From: Candidatus Poseidoniales archaeon
Lineage (GTDB): Archaea; Thermoplasmatota; Poseidoniia; Poseidoniales; Poseidoniaceae
Direction: 5' to 3'
DNA: 59,486 nt
Assembly: GCA_003602535.1 (NCBI GenBank)
Contig: QQSA01000075.1
Location: 3,853 to 63,338 of the forward strand
Part shown: piece after piece, positions 7,107 to 17,193 of the stretch
How positions within the stretch are numbered: position 1 is the stretch's first letter
Layout of the letters: each line of letters begins with the position of its first letter
Position numbers and translations under genes: made by a program
Notes under the pieces: generated by a model
Told to the model about the DNA's origin: nothing
The model's database searches: none
The model's input: the letters and a program-made list of their open reading frames with translations, nothing else

Positions 7107-10100
7107 ATGCGGAAGGCTACTTTCCTGTCGATGTTGATGTTGTGCGTGATTTTTTCACCAATTTCGTCGTCATTAGATGGAGACGGCGACGGTATTGATG
7201 ATTCGATAGATATTTGTCCATTCGCTGCTGGTACGGCGAATTCAACTGCAGGATTAGGATGTCCCGATTCAGATGGTGATGGAATTGCAGATTTCGAACA
7301 AGCAGTGATGCAAAATTGGGGCGATTCGATTAGAGAAAATACTGATTATGGTACTGTTGGAAGTGAAGTGTATGGTTTGGCATGGGCGCAAAACAATTCA
7401 ATGTTTTATGCCGGTGGTAAGGATAACGATGTACATATCTTTGATTCACTTGGAAATCATCAAAATCTACTGTATTCGATGCCAGGTGACATCTATGATA
7501 TTGCGGCATCACCAGACGGACAACATCTAGTAGTAGCAAGCGGTAATGGGGGTTGTAGGGTCATCGATTCTACTACTGGTACTTTAGTTGCAGATCTATG
7601 GAATAATACGACCAATAATGGTGTGTTTGAAGTGGCTTGGTCCAATGATGGAAGTAGAATTATTGCAGGTGGATATGATTCAATTGTCAAATGGTTCGAT
7701 ACTAGTAACTGGACTTTAGAACGCGAAATATCAATTCTACCTGGATGGATTAGTGGAATAGACACTACACCTGATGATCGTTTAGTGGTATTTTCATCTA
7801 ACAATCAACTTAGAGCATATTGGTCCAATAATGGTACTCTTGCATTGAATATGACCAATCACACAGACTATATTCGAACTTTATCAATCAGCCCTGATGG
7901 CAGATACATTGCTACAGGTTCTAATGACAATACAATAAAAATTACTGACATTGCCAATCAATCAGTCGTTCAAACTATAGATGCAAGTTCGGATGTTTAC
8001 GATGTTGATTTTTCACCTGATGGTGGAACATTAGTTGCTGCTCGTGGAAGGCAATCCTCAATGTTTGCATATCGTACCGATACATGGACATCCATAGGTG
8101 AAATGGAAGATTTTGGTTCCGGAAATAACAATAGAGGTGTGTATTCAGTATCTTTTGACTCGACTGGAGAAGTACTTGCTGTTGGCTGGCGTAGAGGTTA
8201 CACTTCGATACAAATGTCCCCTGATGCATACATCAGAGTTCATGGAGATCATTATACAGCACTCATGGAGAGCGCTTGGAGATCATCTTACCCTACTACC
8301 GATGAATCTGTTAGAGTTTGGAAACATGATAGAGTCGAAACCAGTTTGGCGGTTTGTGATTCAAAGAAGTACATCGGTTCAAGTACGAATGGAGTATCTC
8401 CACAATATGCTATTAAGGATAGTAATTATTCTGAGAATGGAATGTGGAATTGCAAGAATACTGCAGGGCAAATACTTGAGATTCCTTTCGGTAGGGCGGC
8501 TGGAGCACTGATGGTCAAGTCGGGAGGGCCAACAGAATCCTGCGTGCAATCTATCGGTGGATTATCTATGGCTCAAGTTCGATGGATTACATCTGCTCAA
8601 AGTAAATCAACTCTAACTACTGATGGTGAAATGCCAGGATTGGTTTGGTCATCTGTTGTTCCAAATGATGATTCCAATGGTATTCCGGAGTGGAGGGATT
8701 TAGATCCATCATGTCCTGATAAAGAGATAGTTCTTTCACACCGATGGGAGAATCGAACTGATACTACAATACTGAAAGAAACAGTACTTTGTGCAAACTG
8801 TGCAGAAACCGACTCGTTATACACTTCAACATCTTCTAGATACAGGGCCATTGCTGGCGAATTCAGATCAGACGTGACTCAAGGTGTCGCTGCTTCGGGT
8901 GCTGAAGGTTCCATCGGATTTACTGAACTAATTTATTCGTTGAATAATGGAGCTGGTACATACATAGTCCCATTAGTAGATAATTACACACATGGCGTGG
9001 TTGACGCAATTTCAGATGGTGGTTTGGCAATAAATGCATCATTGAATTCTTCTAAGTCAGGGGATTGGCCACTGCAAACTGACATGCGAGCATTTGTAGC
9101 AACTAGTCAGTTGGCTAAGAATATCGATTTCTTGAAATTCTTGTTAACAGATTTAGGACAATTAAAGTGGGAACAAATGGGATTTGTAGGATTGGGAGTT
9201 TGGGATTTGTATTCATCTTGGGCTAAGTTAGGTGTCAACATGTCCTATCTATTGCCCGATCAGGATTCTGATGGAGTGTGGGATGAGCAAGACAATTGTC
9301 CAGATACTGAACTTGGACTAAATGTCGATGAGGATGGTTGCGCAGATTCGCAACTCGATTCTGATTTAGATGGATTCACAAATGATTTGGATGATTGTAT
9401 TGAGGTTTCAGGAACTTCAACTCTTGGTTCAACAGGCTGCCCTGATACTGATAATGATGGATGGGCTGATGTCAACGATTCACACCCTGGAGATATCAAT
9501 GAATGGAATGATACAGATATGGATAGTTTTGGTGACAATTCAGATGATTGTGTTGATGTTCAAGGTAACTCCACGGAGGACCTAATTGGTTGTGTCGATA
9601 CTGATGGTGATGGCTGGTCAGATTTGGGTGACCATTTCCCAGATAATTCTAGTGAATGGGTCGATTCTGATATGGATGAATACGGTGACAATATAGATGA
9701 ATTCCCCAATGAAAAAACACAATGGATAGATTCTGATGGCGATGGATTTGGAGACAATAAATCAGGTCTGGAAGGGGATGACTGCATCGATGTAAGTGGT
9801 ACCTCACATCAAGAGGGAATTTTCGGATGTATCGATAGTGATTCAGATGGTTGGGCTGACTCAATTGACGATCTTCCCTCGAACCCAAATCAACACAGGG
9901 ATGCAGACGGAGATGGAGTTGGTGATTCAGTAGTTTCAGAATCGTTAGGGTACTATGATTATTGTATTGATACTCCATTAGAAGAAATTTCAGAGGTTGA
10001 TTCAAATGGCTGTGCTCCTTCTCAGGTAGATTCAGATGGCGATGGATTCTTCAATGACATGGACCAATGCCCGGATTCAAAAACATTAATTCAAGTTAAT

Positions 10101-10943
10101 ACTACTCAATACTTAGAAAATGGAGATATTAATCCGACATTTGGGTGCTCAATTTCTGAAATAGATACCGATAATGATTTGGTTTTCGACGATCAAGATG
10201 ATTTCCCTTATGATTCAACTCAATGGGCAGATTCTGACGGTGACGGATATGGTGATAATTCTGATGGAAATAACGGGGATGATTGTCCTAATGCTGCTGG
10301 AAAATCATTCAACGACAAATTAGGTTGTTATGATTTCGACAAAGATGGTTGGTCGTCAGATGGCGATTTCAATGATAATGACCCAACTCAGTGGAATGAT
10401 ACAGACGGTGATGGCTATGGTGACAATTGGAATGACCCGGCATGGAATGATTCTAGGACTATTGGAGAATTTATTCCAAAAGCAACACAACCAGATCGCT
10501 GTCCAAATGAAGCATCAAATCTTGTTTACAAGGAGACACAAGGTTGCTTAACCGCAGAAAAGTCTGATGAAGACGATGTATCTGGCGACGCTAATTCAGG
10601 GGAAGATTCGAATTTGTTCACAATTCTAGCGATAGCTGCAGCTGGAATCCTAATGATTCTTTTTGGTGCGATTGCAGTTTTGATTAGAAAGAAGCCTGCC
10701 CAGAATAGAAGGCCCAGTGGTAATAAGAAAGTTGAACTAAATATGGAATCTGAATCTCAGGAGTTACCGGGTGAAATGATTCAAGTTACGACCGAAAAAG
10801 AAGTTAATTTTGTTGAGACATGGGAGCAACTACCTCCGGGTGAATGGATGCCAACTGACGAAAATGGAGTCAATTGGTACCAAGATAATGATGGAAGGCA
10901 TTGGTATTCTGATGCCGATGGTTTCAGAATTTGGGAACAGTGA
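7107..10943 (+). CDS. giant type-I membrane surface protein: signal peptide, WD40-type beta-propeller, PstS-like periplasmic-binding domain, many diverged TSP3-like repeats, TM helix, 85-aa tail
   Basis: Signal peptide MRKATFLSMLMLCVIFSPISSS; the ATG at 7107 is preferred over the TTG at 7068. WD-like blades include SPDGQHLVVASGNG, SNDGSRIIAGGYD, SPDGRYIATGSNDNTIKI and SPDGGTLVAARG. LSMAQVRWITSA...EWRDLDP...GSIGFTELIY resembles PstS-family PBPs. DxDxDGxxDxxD repeats span about 9255-10500. TM helix LFTILAIAAAGILMILFGAIAVLI is followed by RKK. Confidence 0.85.
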   Translation: MRKATFLSMLMLCVIFSPISSSLDGDGDGIDDSIDICPFAAGTANSTAGLGCPDSDGDGIADFEQAVMQNWGDSIRENTDYGTVGSEVYGLAWAQNNSMFYAGGKDNDVHIFDSLGNHQNLLYSMPGDIYDIAASPDGQHLVVASGNGGCRVIDSTTGTLVADLWNNTTNNGVFEVAWSNDGSRIIAGGYDSIVKWFDTSNWTLEREISILPGWISGIDTTPDDRLVVFSSNNQLRAYWSNNGTLALNMTNHTDYIRTLSISPDGRYIATGSNDNTIKITDIANQSVVQTIDASSDVYDVDFSPDGGTLVAARGRQSSMFAYRTDTWTSIGEMEDFGSGNNNRGVYSVSFDSTGEVLAVGWRRGYTSIQMSPDAYIRVHGDHYTALMESAWRSSYPTTDESVRVWKHDRVETSLAVCDSKKYIGSSTNGVSPQYAIKDSNYSENGMWNCKNTAGQILEIPFGRAAGALMVKSGGPTESCVQSIGGLSMAQVRWITSAQSKSTLTTDGEMPGLVWSSVVPNDDSNGIPEWRDLDPSCPDKEIVLSHRWENRTDTTILKETVLCANCAETDSLYTSTSSRYRAIAGEFRSDVTQGVAASGAEGSIGFTELIYSLNNGAGTYIVPLVDNYTHGVVDAISDGGLAINASLNSSKSGDWPLQTDMRAFVATSQLAKNIDFLKFLLTDLGQLKWEQMGFVGLGVWDLYSSWAKLGVNMSYLLPDQDSDGVWDEQDNCPDTELGLNVDEDGCADSQLDSDLDGFTNDLDDCIEVSGTSTLGSTGCPDTDNDGWADVNDSHPGDINEWNDTDMDSFGDNSDDCVDVQGNSTEDLIGCVDTDGDGWSDLGDHFPDNSSEWVDSDMDEYGDNIDEFPNEKTQWIDSDGDGFGDNKSGLEGDDCIDVSGTSHQEGIFGCIDSDSDGWADSIDDLPSNPNQHRDADGDGVGDSVVSESLGYYDYCIDTPLEEISEVDSNGCAPSQVDSDGDGFFNDMDQCPDSKTLIQVNTTQYLENGDINPTFGCSISEIDTDNDLVFDDQDDFPYDSTQWADSDGDGYGDNSDGNNGDDCPNAAGKSFNDKLGCYDFDKDGWSSDGDFNDNDPTQWNDTDGDGYGDNWNDPAWNDSRTIGEFIPKATQPDRCPNEASNLVYKETQGCLTAEKSDEDDVSGDANSGEDSNLFTILAIAAAGILMILFGAIAVLIRKKPAQNRRPSGNKKVELNMESESQELPGEMIQVTTEKEVNFVETWEQLPPGEWMPTDENGVNWYQDNDGRHWYSDADGFRIWEQ

Positions 10944-10978
10944 GAAGTCTCAAATGTATTCGCCTTTTATTGAATGAT

Positions 10979-11719
10979 ATGAAGGGAGCATATCTGGTAA
11001 CTGGCGCATCAAGGGGTATTGGAAAAGAGATAGCGAAGTCAATAGCTAGTAGTGGATTTCCAGTTATTGCATTGGCTAGAGAAAGTATCGATCTAGGGGT
11101 TACAGGAGCCGAACTAGCAGACATAAATCAGGATTCTATAACTATCTCTTGCGACCTCAGTGATCGTGCGGATATATCGTCTGCAGCAACAGTGATTTCA
11201 AACCGTTTTTCTCATCTCTCAGGAATTGTTCACAATGCGGGAACAATCCATCCAATTGAAAATATGCTTGATGTTGAGAGGGCCGATTGGGCCAAGTCAA
11301 TCCAAGTAAATTTGATTGGAGTCCAAGATCTAACAACACGTCTTAACAAAATTTTAGGTGGTGATTTGCACACTAGAATAACGACGATTTCCAGTGGTGC
11401 TGCGAAGCGTTCTATTCATGGATGGAGTGCGTATTGTGTCTCAAAAGCAGGATTGGATATGTGGGCTTTGTGCATGGCAGAAGAGGGTGCATCTCGTAAT
11501 ATTTCAGCAATTTCAATCGCACCAGGAATTGTTGACACAGGTATGCAAGAAGATATTCGTAATGCTGATGAAAAATCATTTCCAGCATTATCAAACTTCA
11601 TCGATTATTATACGAATGGAGATTTAACTAATCCAGTTGATGTGGCAGAAAAGTTGCTCCCGTATTGTCTCGGTAATCTTGGAGAAAATGGTAGTAGACT
11701 TGATGTTCGCAATTTATGA
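10979..11719 (+). CDS. short-chain dehydrogenase/reductase (SDR) family oxidoreductase
   Basis: TGASRGIGK cofactor motif and YCVSK catalytic Y-x3-K. The ATG at 10979 is preferred over the upstream TTG at 10931. Confidence 0.85.
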   Translation: MKGAYLVTGASRGIGKEIAKSIASSGFPVIALARESIDLGVTGAELADINQDSITISCDLSDRADISSAATVISNRFSHLSGIVHNAGTIHPIENMLDVERADWAKSIQVNLIGVQDLTTRLNKILGGDLHTRITTISSGAAKRSIHGWSAYCVSKAGLDMWALCMAEEGASRNISAISIAPGIVDTGMQEDIRNADEKSFPALSNFIDYYTNGDLTNPVDVAEKLLPYCLGNLGENGSRLDVRNL

Positions 11720-11784
11720 GTAGTTGCACGATTCAATGGCAACGGTCATAAGCCCGAACCATAGCCTAAGGGCGAGGGAGACAA

Positions 11785-12171
11785 GTGCCAGGTACGACCC
11801 GTGTAGAAATTAGAACATTGAAGGTCGGACGATACTGCTGTGTCGACGACAAAGCATACAAGATAAATTCCATTTCAAAATCGAAGCCTGGAAAGCACGG
11901 TTCTGCTAAGGCACGTCTGGAATTAGTAGACATTTTCACAGGTCAAAAGATCTCACATGTAGGAAGCGTAACCGATTCAATCAACGTACCTCTAATCGAG
12001 AAAGGTACAGCAATGGTGACCCATATAGATGGCTCTGAAGTTCACGCAATGAACATGCGAGATCACTCGATGATGATCCTACCACTTGAAGATGGTCTAG
12101 ATGTTGACGGAGGGACTGAAATCATGTGGATGGAAGCTCTAGGTCTCTACAAGATTATCCGTGACCATTGA
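11785..12171 (+). CDS. eif5a: translation initiation factor 5A (aIF5A)
   Basis: SKSKPGKHGSAKARL contains the hypusine-site K-P-G-K-H-G motif. 128 aa. GTG start preceded by GGGAG. Confidence 0.9.
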   Translation: MPGTTRVEIRTLKVGRYCCVDDKAYKINSISKSKPGKHGSAKARLELVDIFTGQKISHVGSVTDSINVPLIEKGTAMVTHIDGSEVHAMNMRDHSMMILPLEDGLDVDGGTEIMWMEALGLYKIIRDH

Positions 12172-12197
12172 AATCTCATTTCTAAAAGGTGCGAAAA

Positions 12198-14567
12198 ATG
12201 GGTGTCAAAAAGTCTGCGTATCGCCAGCCGGTTACACCGGAGGGTTTGAAGGCTATCGAAAGAGGCACTTTGACTTGGCTCGACGACGAGATGTACAACA
12301 ACCTAAACACAGGTGTTCTCGAACAATATTTGGAAGAGAAGAACCTAGAAGAGGCGTTCGAAGTCTCACATTGGGATACCAAAAAGGTCCTGCTAGGAAT
12401 TGCAATAGGTGCGGTGTTCTCTGGAGTAACTGCATATATTGGGCTAAAACTTGGTCTTGCTATCTCAGCGGCTTGGTATATTGCATATGTTTTGGGTATG
12501 GCTTTGAAATGGTCTCCATCCGAAGTTAATATCGCAACATCTGCAACTACCGGTGCAACTCACGCATCTACTGGATTCATCTTTACCTTCCCTGCAATCT
12601 TTTTGCTAGCAGCAGATCCTCAATATTCGTTGGCCGATGGTCCGTTGATAGTTCTTGGTTCAGGAGAGACTCTTCGATTAGCATTCGTTGGTATTGTTGC
12701 TTCAATGTTTGCAGGATTCTTGGGTGTAATGTACTTCATTATATTCAGAAGAGTATGGTTAGTGGAAGATCCTCTGCCTTTGCCTGGATTCGAAGCGACA
12801 CTCAAAATGCTAGATATCGCTAGTGATGTTAGTTCAGGGGCAGTCGAACATGCAAGAGACTCACTGAAGACAATTGGAGTCTGGACCGGAATCACCATGC
12901 TAGCATTATTCCTAATAGAATATCCACTAATTTATGTGAAGGGTAAGACCCTTGCACTTACTGATTATTTGGCTGAAATGGCTACCGGAAGTACATTTGG
13001 AGTGGCATCATTTTACTCGCATGCTAAGATTCATCAACCAGGGGAAGTGATTGGTGGAGTCGGTGCTGGACCTGCTCATTACGATGCTGAACAGTGGTAT
13101 AATCCATTCATGTATACCTACATTGGTGTTGCTTTAACTCCGTCAATGTTCGCAATCGGTTGGTTCATGAAAACACGTGTTGCATTTTTGGTTAATCTAG
13201 GTACTATCGTTGGATGGTTCTTCTTAGTGCCTCTTGCAGTGGCATTCAATGTTCCTGTCTACGAAGGTCAATTAGGAGCCAGTGTGCCTCTACAAGATCT
13301 TCCAGCAGCATTGCATGCAGTTAACCCTGCTGAATACAAAATGTCAACAGGGGCAGTCCAAATGTATGCTTTCTCAAAGGCAGTCCGTTTCATCGCAATT
13401 GGAGCAATTGTTGGTGGAGGAATATTTGGTCTTCTGAAGATGTGGAAAACATTTGCTAATATCTTTGTAGACATTGGTCGAGCATTCAAGGGAGACAGTG
13501 GCAAGGAGTATATGGAGGGCAAAGGATGGTATGAATGGCCACTTGCACACATCCCGATTTTCATGTTGCTGACATTTGGTTCGATGATTGTAATTTTCAT
13601 GTTGGGTGATTTCCCAATCATGGCTAGTATCGTGTTCTCTCTAATTCTTCTCATGACTACATTCCTATTGGGAGCAATCGCTGTCAGAGTAATGGGAGAG
13701 ACTGGAATCGAACCTGTTTCAGGAACCTCATTCATTGTTCTACTGATGTTATTTGGTGTGTTCTTGAACTTCAACGACGCACTTGGATTAACCATTCAAG
13801 AAGCTGTACTACTAGGATTAGTTGGAACCACAGTATTTGGTTCTGCGATTTCAATGTCTGGAACAGTAATTGGTGATTACAAGAACAGTCTTTACATCGG
13901 TAATCGTCCTTATCACATTTCTAAAGGAAATATCATGGGAGTCGTTCCAGGTGCAGTAATCGGTGCTGGTGTGGCGATTTTCTTAGCCAATGAATTAGCT
14001 CAAGGCCGAATTCAACTTATTGCGCCTCAAGCAAACGCATTCGCAACATTCTCTGTCATTTTCGCTGAAGGTCAAGGAGACTTGATGCTTCTATTACTAG
14101 GATTCATGCTTGGAGTCTTTGTTGAATGGGCAACAGGAATGGGTACATCATTCGGACTCGGAATGTATCTGGATGTTCCACACACTCTACCGATGTTGAT
14201 CGGTGGTGTTGCTCGTGACAAGTGGGAAGACAAGAAACTCAAGCCTCGTATTGAAGCTATTAAGGAGAAAGAAGGTACGGTTGTTGCTGAAAAGCAAAGA
14301 GCACTAATTCTTCTTGGAACTTTCATGGTTGCTGCGGGTCTTCTAACCGGAGAAGCATTCTTCGGTACAGAAAGCAGTATTCTTTCATTCATAGATTCAT
14401 TATGGTCACCTGCCTTTGGTACAAGCATTACATGGCACTTCTTGAGACTTGGAAGCTTTGTCATGCTGAATGTAGTGATTGGTTATCTAATCTATGCACT
14501 GTTCAAGAGAGCAGGAGTCATTGGCGGCTCTGATGAGGCCCAAGATGCAGAATTAATAGAGGCGTGA
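12198..14567 (+). CDS. OPT-family oligopeptide transporter
   Basis: About 790-aa polytopic membrane protein whose size and glycine-rich TM pattern are typical of the OPT superfamily. ATG at 12198; a GTG at 12189 is also possible. Confidence 0.8.
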   Translation: MGVKKSAYRQPVTPEGLKAIERGTLTWLDDEMYNNLNTGVLEQYLEEKNLEEAFEVSHWDTKKVLLGIAIGAVFSGVTAYIGLKLGLAISAAWYIAYVLGMALKWSPSEVNIATSATTGATHASTGFIFTFPAIFLLAADPQYSLADGPLIVLGSGETLRLAFVGIVASMFAGFLGVMYFIIFRRVWLVEDPLPLPGFEATLKMLDIASDVSSGAVEHARDSLKTIGVWTGITMLALFLIEYPLIYVKGKTLALTDYLAEMATGSTFGVASFYSHAKIHQPGEVIGGVGAGPAHYDAEQWYNPFMYTYIGVALTPSMFAIGWFMKTRVAFLVNLGTIVGWFFLVPLAVAFNVPVYEGQLGASVPLQDLPAALHAVNPAEYKMSTGAVQMYAFSKAVRFIAIGAIVGGGIFGLLKMWKTFANIFVDIGRAFKGDSGKEYMEGKGWYEWPLAHIPIFMLLTFGSMIVIFMLGDFPIMASIVFSLILLMTTFLLGAIAVRVMGETGIEPVSGTSFIVLLMLFGVFLNFNDALGLTIQEAVLLGLVGTTVFGSAISMSGTVIGDYKNSLYIGNRPYHISKGNIMGVVPGAVIGAGVAIFLANELAQGRIQLIAPQANAFATFSVIFAEGQGDLMLLLLGFMLGVFVEWATGMGTSFGLGMYLDVPHTLPMLIGGVARDKWEDKKLKPRIEAIKEKEGTVVAEKQRALILLGTFMVAAGLLTGEAFFGTESSILSFIDSLWSPAFGTSITWHFLRLGSFVMLNVVIGYLIYALFKRAGVIGGSDEAQDAELIEA

Positions 14568-14571
14568 TACA

Positions 14572-15495
14572 GTGTCCCGCACACCTCCACTGGTGTGGGG
14601 TTTGTTAGTTGCAGGAGTATTTGGCGTATCCTCTGCAGGTGCTATTTTATCACATCTTGATTCTATTCCACCATTGATGCGTGCATCATGGAGATTACAA
14701 ATTACAGTTCTGATGTTATTGCCTTTTGCAATATGGCAGTATCGTGAGATGAGTATCGATAATCGTAGCAAACTGCTAGAAAGAAAAACAATTCTAATCG
14801 TTCTCGGTTCAGGAATTGCTTTAGCTGCTCATTTTGGAACTTGGGTTACATCACTTGATCACACTTCTTTAGCGCACTCATTGCTATTCGTTACTAGTCA
14901 TCCGATCATCATTGTAATCGGAACAGCAATACTGGTTAGAAAACCACACAAGCTCGAAACTACTGGAGCTCTAATTGGATTGGTTGGTGCAGCGATAACT
15001 CTTCTCGATGCCAAGAATGATGGTGATGTCACTCTATGGGGAGACATGCTTGCATTTTTGGGTGCTGTCACTGTTGTTGGTTACATCGTTGCAGGCAGAA
15101 TACTTCGTGAATGGATGCCGGTTTTCGTGTATGCGGTTCCTGTAACTCTAATCGGTGGAATATTGTTGATTCCATTTTCAATAATCATGGGTGAGGAAAC
15201 TGCTGCACTTGGTTGGATTGAATCTGATTTGCTCTCATGGTTCATATTACTAGCATTTTTAGCCGGTATAGTCGGACACACAGGTCTAAACGCATGTCTA
15301 CGTTGGTTACCTCCGCTAACAATATCATTTGCAGTCACTTTAGAGCCTATCATTGGCGCATTTATCGGATGGTTCTTCTTCAACGAAGACATCCCTGGTG
15401 AGTGGACTTGGATAGGAGGATCAATACTCATCGTGGGTATACTGTGCGTGATTAAGGGAGGTGCAGAAAATGTCGTGGATACTTCTAACGAATGA
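14572..15495 (+). CDS. EamA/DMT-superfamily transporter
   Basis: 307 aa with about 10 TM helices arranged as two similar halves. GTG start 5 nt after the OPT stop. Confidence 0.75.
   Translation: MSRTPPLVWGLLVAGVFGVSSAGAILSHLDSIPPLMRASWRLQITVLMLLPFAIWQYREMSIDNRSKLLERKTILIVLGSGIALAAHFGTWVTSLDHTSLAHSLLFVTSHPIIIVIGTAILVRKPHKLETTGALIGLVGAAITLLDAKNDGDVTLWGDMLAFLGAVTVVGYIVAGRILREWMPVFVYAVPVTLIGGILLIPFSIIMGEETAALGWIESDLLSWFILLAFLAGIVGHTGLNACLRWLPPLTISFAVTLEPIIGAFIGWFFFNEDIPGEWTWIGGSILIVGILCVIKGGAENVVDTSNE
15457..15463 (+). promoter_or_regulatory. Shine-Dalgarno-like site for surE, located inside the 3' end of the upstream gene
   Basis: GGAGGTG lies 6 nt upstream of the ATG at 15470. Confidence 0.45.
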
Positions 15496-16396
15496 TGATG
15501 GAATTGATGCAACTAGTTTACAGATTCTCGTAGATAGGTTACATGAGAAGGGACACAAGTTGGTAGTATTCGCTCCAAGTGAAAACAACTCAGCTGTTAG
15601 TATGAAGATTTCATTAGGAATTCCTTTGACAGTGGTCAACAGAAATGATCCACGAGAGAATGTTCACCAGTATGCAATTGGCGGAACTCCCTGTGATTGT
15701 GTAATTGCAGCATTGGATGGGGGATTGAGGAAATTACTACCAGGAGTCATTCCAAAATTAGTGGTCAGTGGAATCAATCTCGGTCCTAATATGAGTCAAG
15801 ATGCATACCATAGTGGTACAATGGCTGCCGCAAGAGAAGCAGGAATGTATGGAGTACCTGCAATTGCATCTTCATGGTCATCATTCGATCCAGAGGGAAT
15901 GGAGGTTTCAGTAGATGCAACTGTCAAATTGGTGGAAGCAGCATTAGCGGTTCTACCAGATATTCCTGCAAATCTCAACCACCCTCATATCGATATTAAT
16001 GAGCCACATCTTACCAGTTGGCCCAAGCCTTCAACGAGATTATGGAATGATGATCCTTTATCGGCTCTAAAGGATGCATTCGCAGCAGGAGAGATGTTTC
16101 TGAATCTCAATGTTCCACCAGAGTGGAATGGCAAGTATAGTTCTACTAGATTGGGAATGAGATGGTATCGTAATGCAATTACTTTCTCGGATGACACGTC
16201 CACATTCAAACTAGGAGGTTCAAGTATTGATGTTGATGAAGTTGAACGTGGAGATGTTGATGCAGATATGCTAGGCATGGCTAGCGTCTCTTGCTTACCT
16301 TCATGGCCACAAACCCATCCGTTGGAAATTGATGTGGATTTGTTAGCCTGGTCACTTGAAAATAGTCCTGAAGGAATGCCAATCTGGTTACAGTGA
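15470..16396 (+). CDS. surE: 5'/3'-nucleotidase SurE
   Basis: N-terminal ILLTNDDGIDA, GINLGPN and SGTMAAAREA are SurE hallmarks. Overlaps the EamA gene by 26 nt. Confidence 0.85.
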   Translation: MSWILLTNDDGIDATSLQILVDRLHEKGHKLVVFAPSENNSAVSMKISLGIPLTVVNRNDPRENVHQYAIGGTPCDCVIAALDGGLRKLLPGVIPKLVVSGINLGPNMSQDAYHSGTMAAAREAGMYGVPAIASSWSSFDPEGMEVSVDATVKLVEAALAVLPDIPANLNHPHIDINEPHLTSWPKPSTRLWNDDPLSALKDAFAAGEMFLNLNVPPEWNGKYSSTRLGMRWYRNAITFSDDTSTFKLGGSSIDVDEVERGDVDADMLGMASVSCLPSWPQTHPLEIDVDLLAWSLENSPEGMPIWLQ

Positions 16397-16442
16397 TTGC
16401 TATCGACAAATATTATCGAATACAAACTGTAGTCGTAAGAAT

Positions 16443-16586
16443 ATGGTTTCGCAAAATCAGTGGAAAGTAATAGGAGAATTTATGGATGAGACTGCAAGGA
16501 ATTTACGAATAATTACTTTTGTGATAGTATTCTCTTTCATTGCTAATATCTTTGCAGGAATATGGTTTATCTCTAAATTCAGTTGA
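16443..16586 (+). CDS. possible small single-TM protein (47 aa)
   Basis: This ORF fills the SurE/TrmY convergent gap. It has a C-terminal hydrophobic helix, IITFVIVFSFIANIFAGIWFI. No homolog recognised. Confidence 0.25.
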   Translation: MVSQNQWKVIGEFMDETARNLRIITFVIVFSFIANIFAGIWFISKFS

Positions 16587-17193
16587 GATTAATTCTGAAC
16601 CCTTCGTCTAGGATGAAGTGAACAATTGCGATGCATGTGTGTCCTTGTAGCCAAGACTTTCCGAGGCTTCTCGGAGTTCCTCTTTCGCACTCTAGTGGCT
16701 TATCATCTCCGAGTATGAATCCTATGTCTTCAATAGAAAAATCACTTGGAAGTACTCCGGAATATAGATTTTCAGAATCTGCTTCTAGTCTGATTGTTGG
16801 GCAATCCCATTCATCTAAAGTCATATCTAAATCACCACCTCCATCATAGATTCCAGGACTTCTTTCAACCCAGTGGCCTCGTGGTGGAATTGGCTCCTTG
16901 ATTACCGCTGCAATCTTACCGGCAACCGCTCTCTCTTCGGCATGAACTCCTTTCAATTCATTTGATACAAACTTGATTCTTCTTGCAGGTCCAGGTCCTC
17001 CTAGCAATATCATTGTAAATTCAACATCTTCTCTAATTCCATGACTTGTTAGTACTGAGGACATCAAGGCTCTAACTAAGACATCCATTCTACCTGCTCC
17101 ACCTGCCATGTCATTCAATGGCAACTTTCCCTTTGCCATTGCACGGGTTCCAACTATTACAAATCGGCGCAAATGATCACCTATTGTTCTCAA
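16579..17193 (-). CDS. trmY: tRNA (pseudouridine54-N1)-methyltransferase TrmY-like (SPOUT/DUF358)
   Basis: GGAGRMDVLVRALMSSVLTSHGIREDV resembles the G-R-x-D-v-v-c-R motif of TrmY. About 200 aa. Overlaps the coaBC stop by 17 nt. Confidence 0.65.
   Translation of the reverse strand: MRTIGDHLRRFVIVGTRAMAKGKLPLNDMAGGAGRMDVLVRALMSSVLTSHGIREDVEFTMILLGGPGPARRIKFVSNELKGVHAEERAVAGKIAAVIKEPIPPRGHWVERSPGIYDGGGDLDMTLDEWDCPTIRLEADSENLYSGVLPSDFSIEDIGFILGDDKPLECERGTPRSLGKSWLQGHTCIAIVHFILDEGFRINLN

Noticed and set aside
13268-13795. 175-aa antisense ORF within the OPT transporter gene
   Set aside because: It is the opposite strand of a confidently called membrane transporter, and is a composition-driven open frame.
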